From an uncultured Planctomycetaceae bacterium (GTDB taxonomy: Bacteria > Planctomycetota > Planctomycetia > Pirellulales > UBA1268), in assembly GCA_903885855.1 (NCBI GenBank), contig CAISKG010000609.1:1-46659 (forward strand): a stretch of 46,659 nucleotides of DNA, in the 5' to 3' direction. The translations under genes and the position numbers were made by a program. Below, one piece after another: positions 46,362-46,659 of this stretch; positions within the stretch are counted from its first letter, which is position 1, and each line of letters begins with the position of its first letter. The notes beneath the pieces are model-generated. The model did not search any database, was not told where the DNA came from, and saw nothing but the letters and a program-made list of their open reading frames with translations.

Positions 46362-46659
46362 AGGCGGCCCGACGCGACCCCTGGGTCGCGGTCGCCCCGG
46401 CCTCGGAGGCCCGGATCGTGCGCCGCACGACCCACGCCGGTCTCCCCTGCGTCTCGCGGTAGGCGCGCACCACGTACTCGCCCACGAGCGCCACCGCGGC
46501 GGTCGGCACGGCGGCCACCGTCGTCGCCACCGCCACGATCGCCGCCAGGCTCGGCCCCGGCCCCCCGGGGGAGACGCCCGCCGTGACCGTGGCGGCGGCG
46601 CCGACGGCCAGCAGCAGCCCCACGCCGCACCAGGCGGCGCGCAGGGGGATGTCGGAGGA
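46360..46659 (-). CDS. GT2-family glycosyltransferase, 3' end only (gene continues beyond the window)
   Basis: The frame is open to nt 46659. The C-terminus has two hydrophobic helices followed by ALVGEYVVRAYRETQGRPAWVVRRTI, matching the LGxxGEYxxRxYxExxxRPxYxV tail I associate with dolichyl-phosphate-sugar-type GT2 enzymes. Confidence 0.55.
   Translation of the reverse strand, partial: SSDIPLRAAWCGVGLLLAVGAAATVTAGVSPGGPGPSLAAIVAVATTVAAVPTAAVALVGEYVVRAYRETQGRPAWVVRRTIRASEAGATATQGSRRAA

Overview
Very GC-rich bacterial chromosome segment; third codon positions are almost always G/C, so every real gene casts long spurious 'shadow' ORFs in other frames. The core (16.8-34.6 kb, + strand) is a canonical S10-spc-alpha ribosomal protein cluster: rpsJ-rplCDWB-rpsS-rplV-rpsC-rplP-rpmC-rpsQ-rplNXE-rpsZ-rpsH-rplFR-rpsE-rplO-secY-adk-map-rpmJ-rpsMKD-rpoA-rplQ. 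It has no rpmD and no infA.

Upstream (0-16.2 kb):
- a 5'-truncated collagen-like gene, aroB and an orphan ParA-like ATPase flanked by uncharacterised proteins;
- a tightly coupled rpmA-obg-coaX-rsfS-argS block and an EF-G paralog;
- a minus-strand lipase / SDR / Zn-alcohol-dehydrogenase trio.

Downstream (34.9-46.7 kb):
- a DUF1549/DUF1553 + DUF1501 gene pair, which by my inference points to Planctomycetota or another PVC lineage;
- a MATE transporter and speA;
- four uncharacterised envelope-type genes, then pckA, a secreted glutathione peroxidase and the 3' end of a GT2 glycosyltransferase.

I found no rRNA, tRNA, CRISPR array, IS element or prophage junction, and I cannot point to a clear novel multi-gene system. 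This is mostly housekeeping DNA.

The observations most worth a second look:
- one-nucleotide frame breaks in the essential rplP gene and in the lipase gene, probably assembly indels;
- a 62-nt out-of-frame overlap of rpsC and rplP;
- unusually long structured spacers and leaders inside the ribosomal protein cluster, including an SD-sequestering hairpin candidate and a CCUCC-repeat tract;
- the orphan ParA neighbourhood;
- the uncharacterised four-gene envelope cluster between speA and pckA.

All family assignments come from motif recognition by eye. No database search was run.
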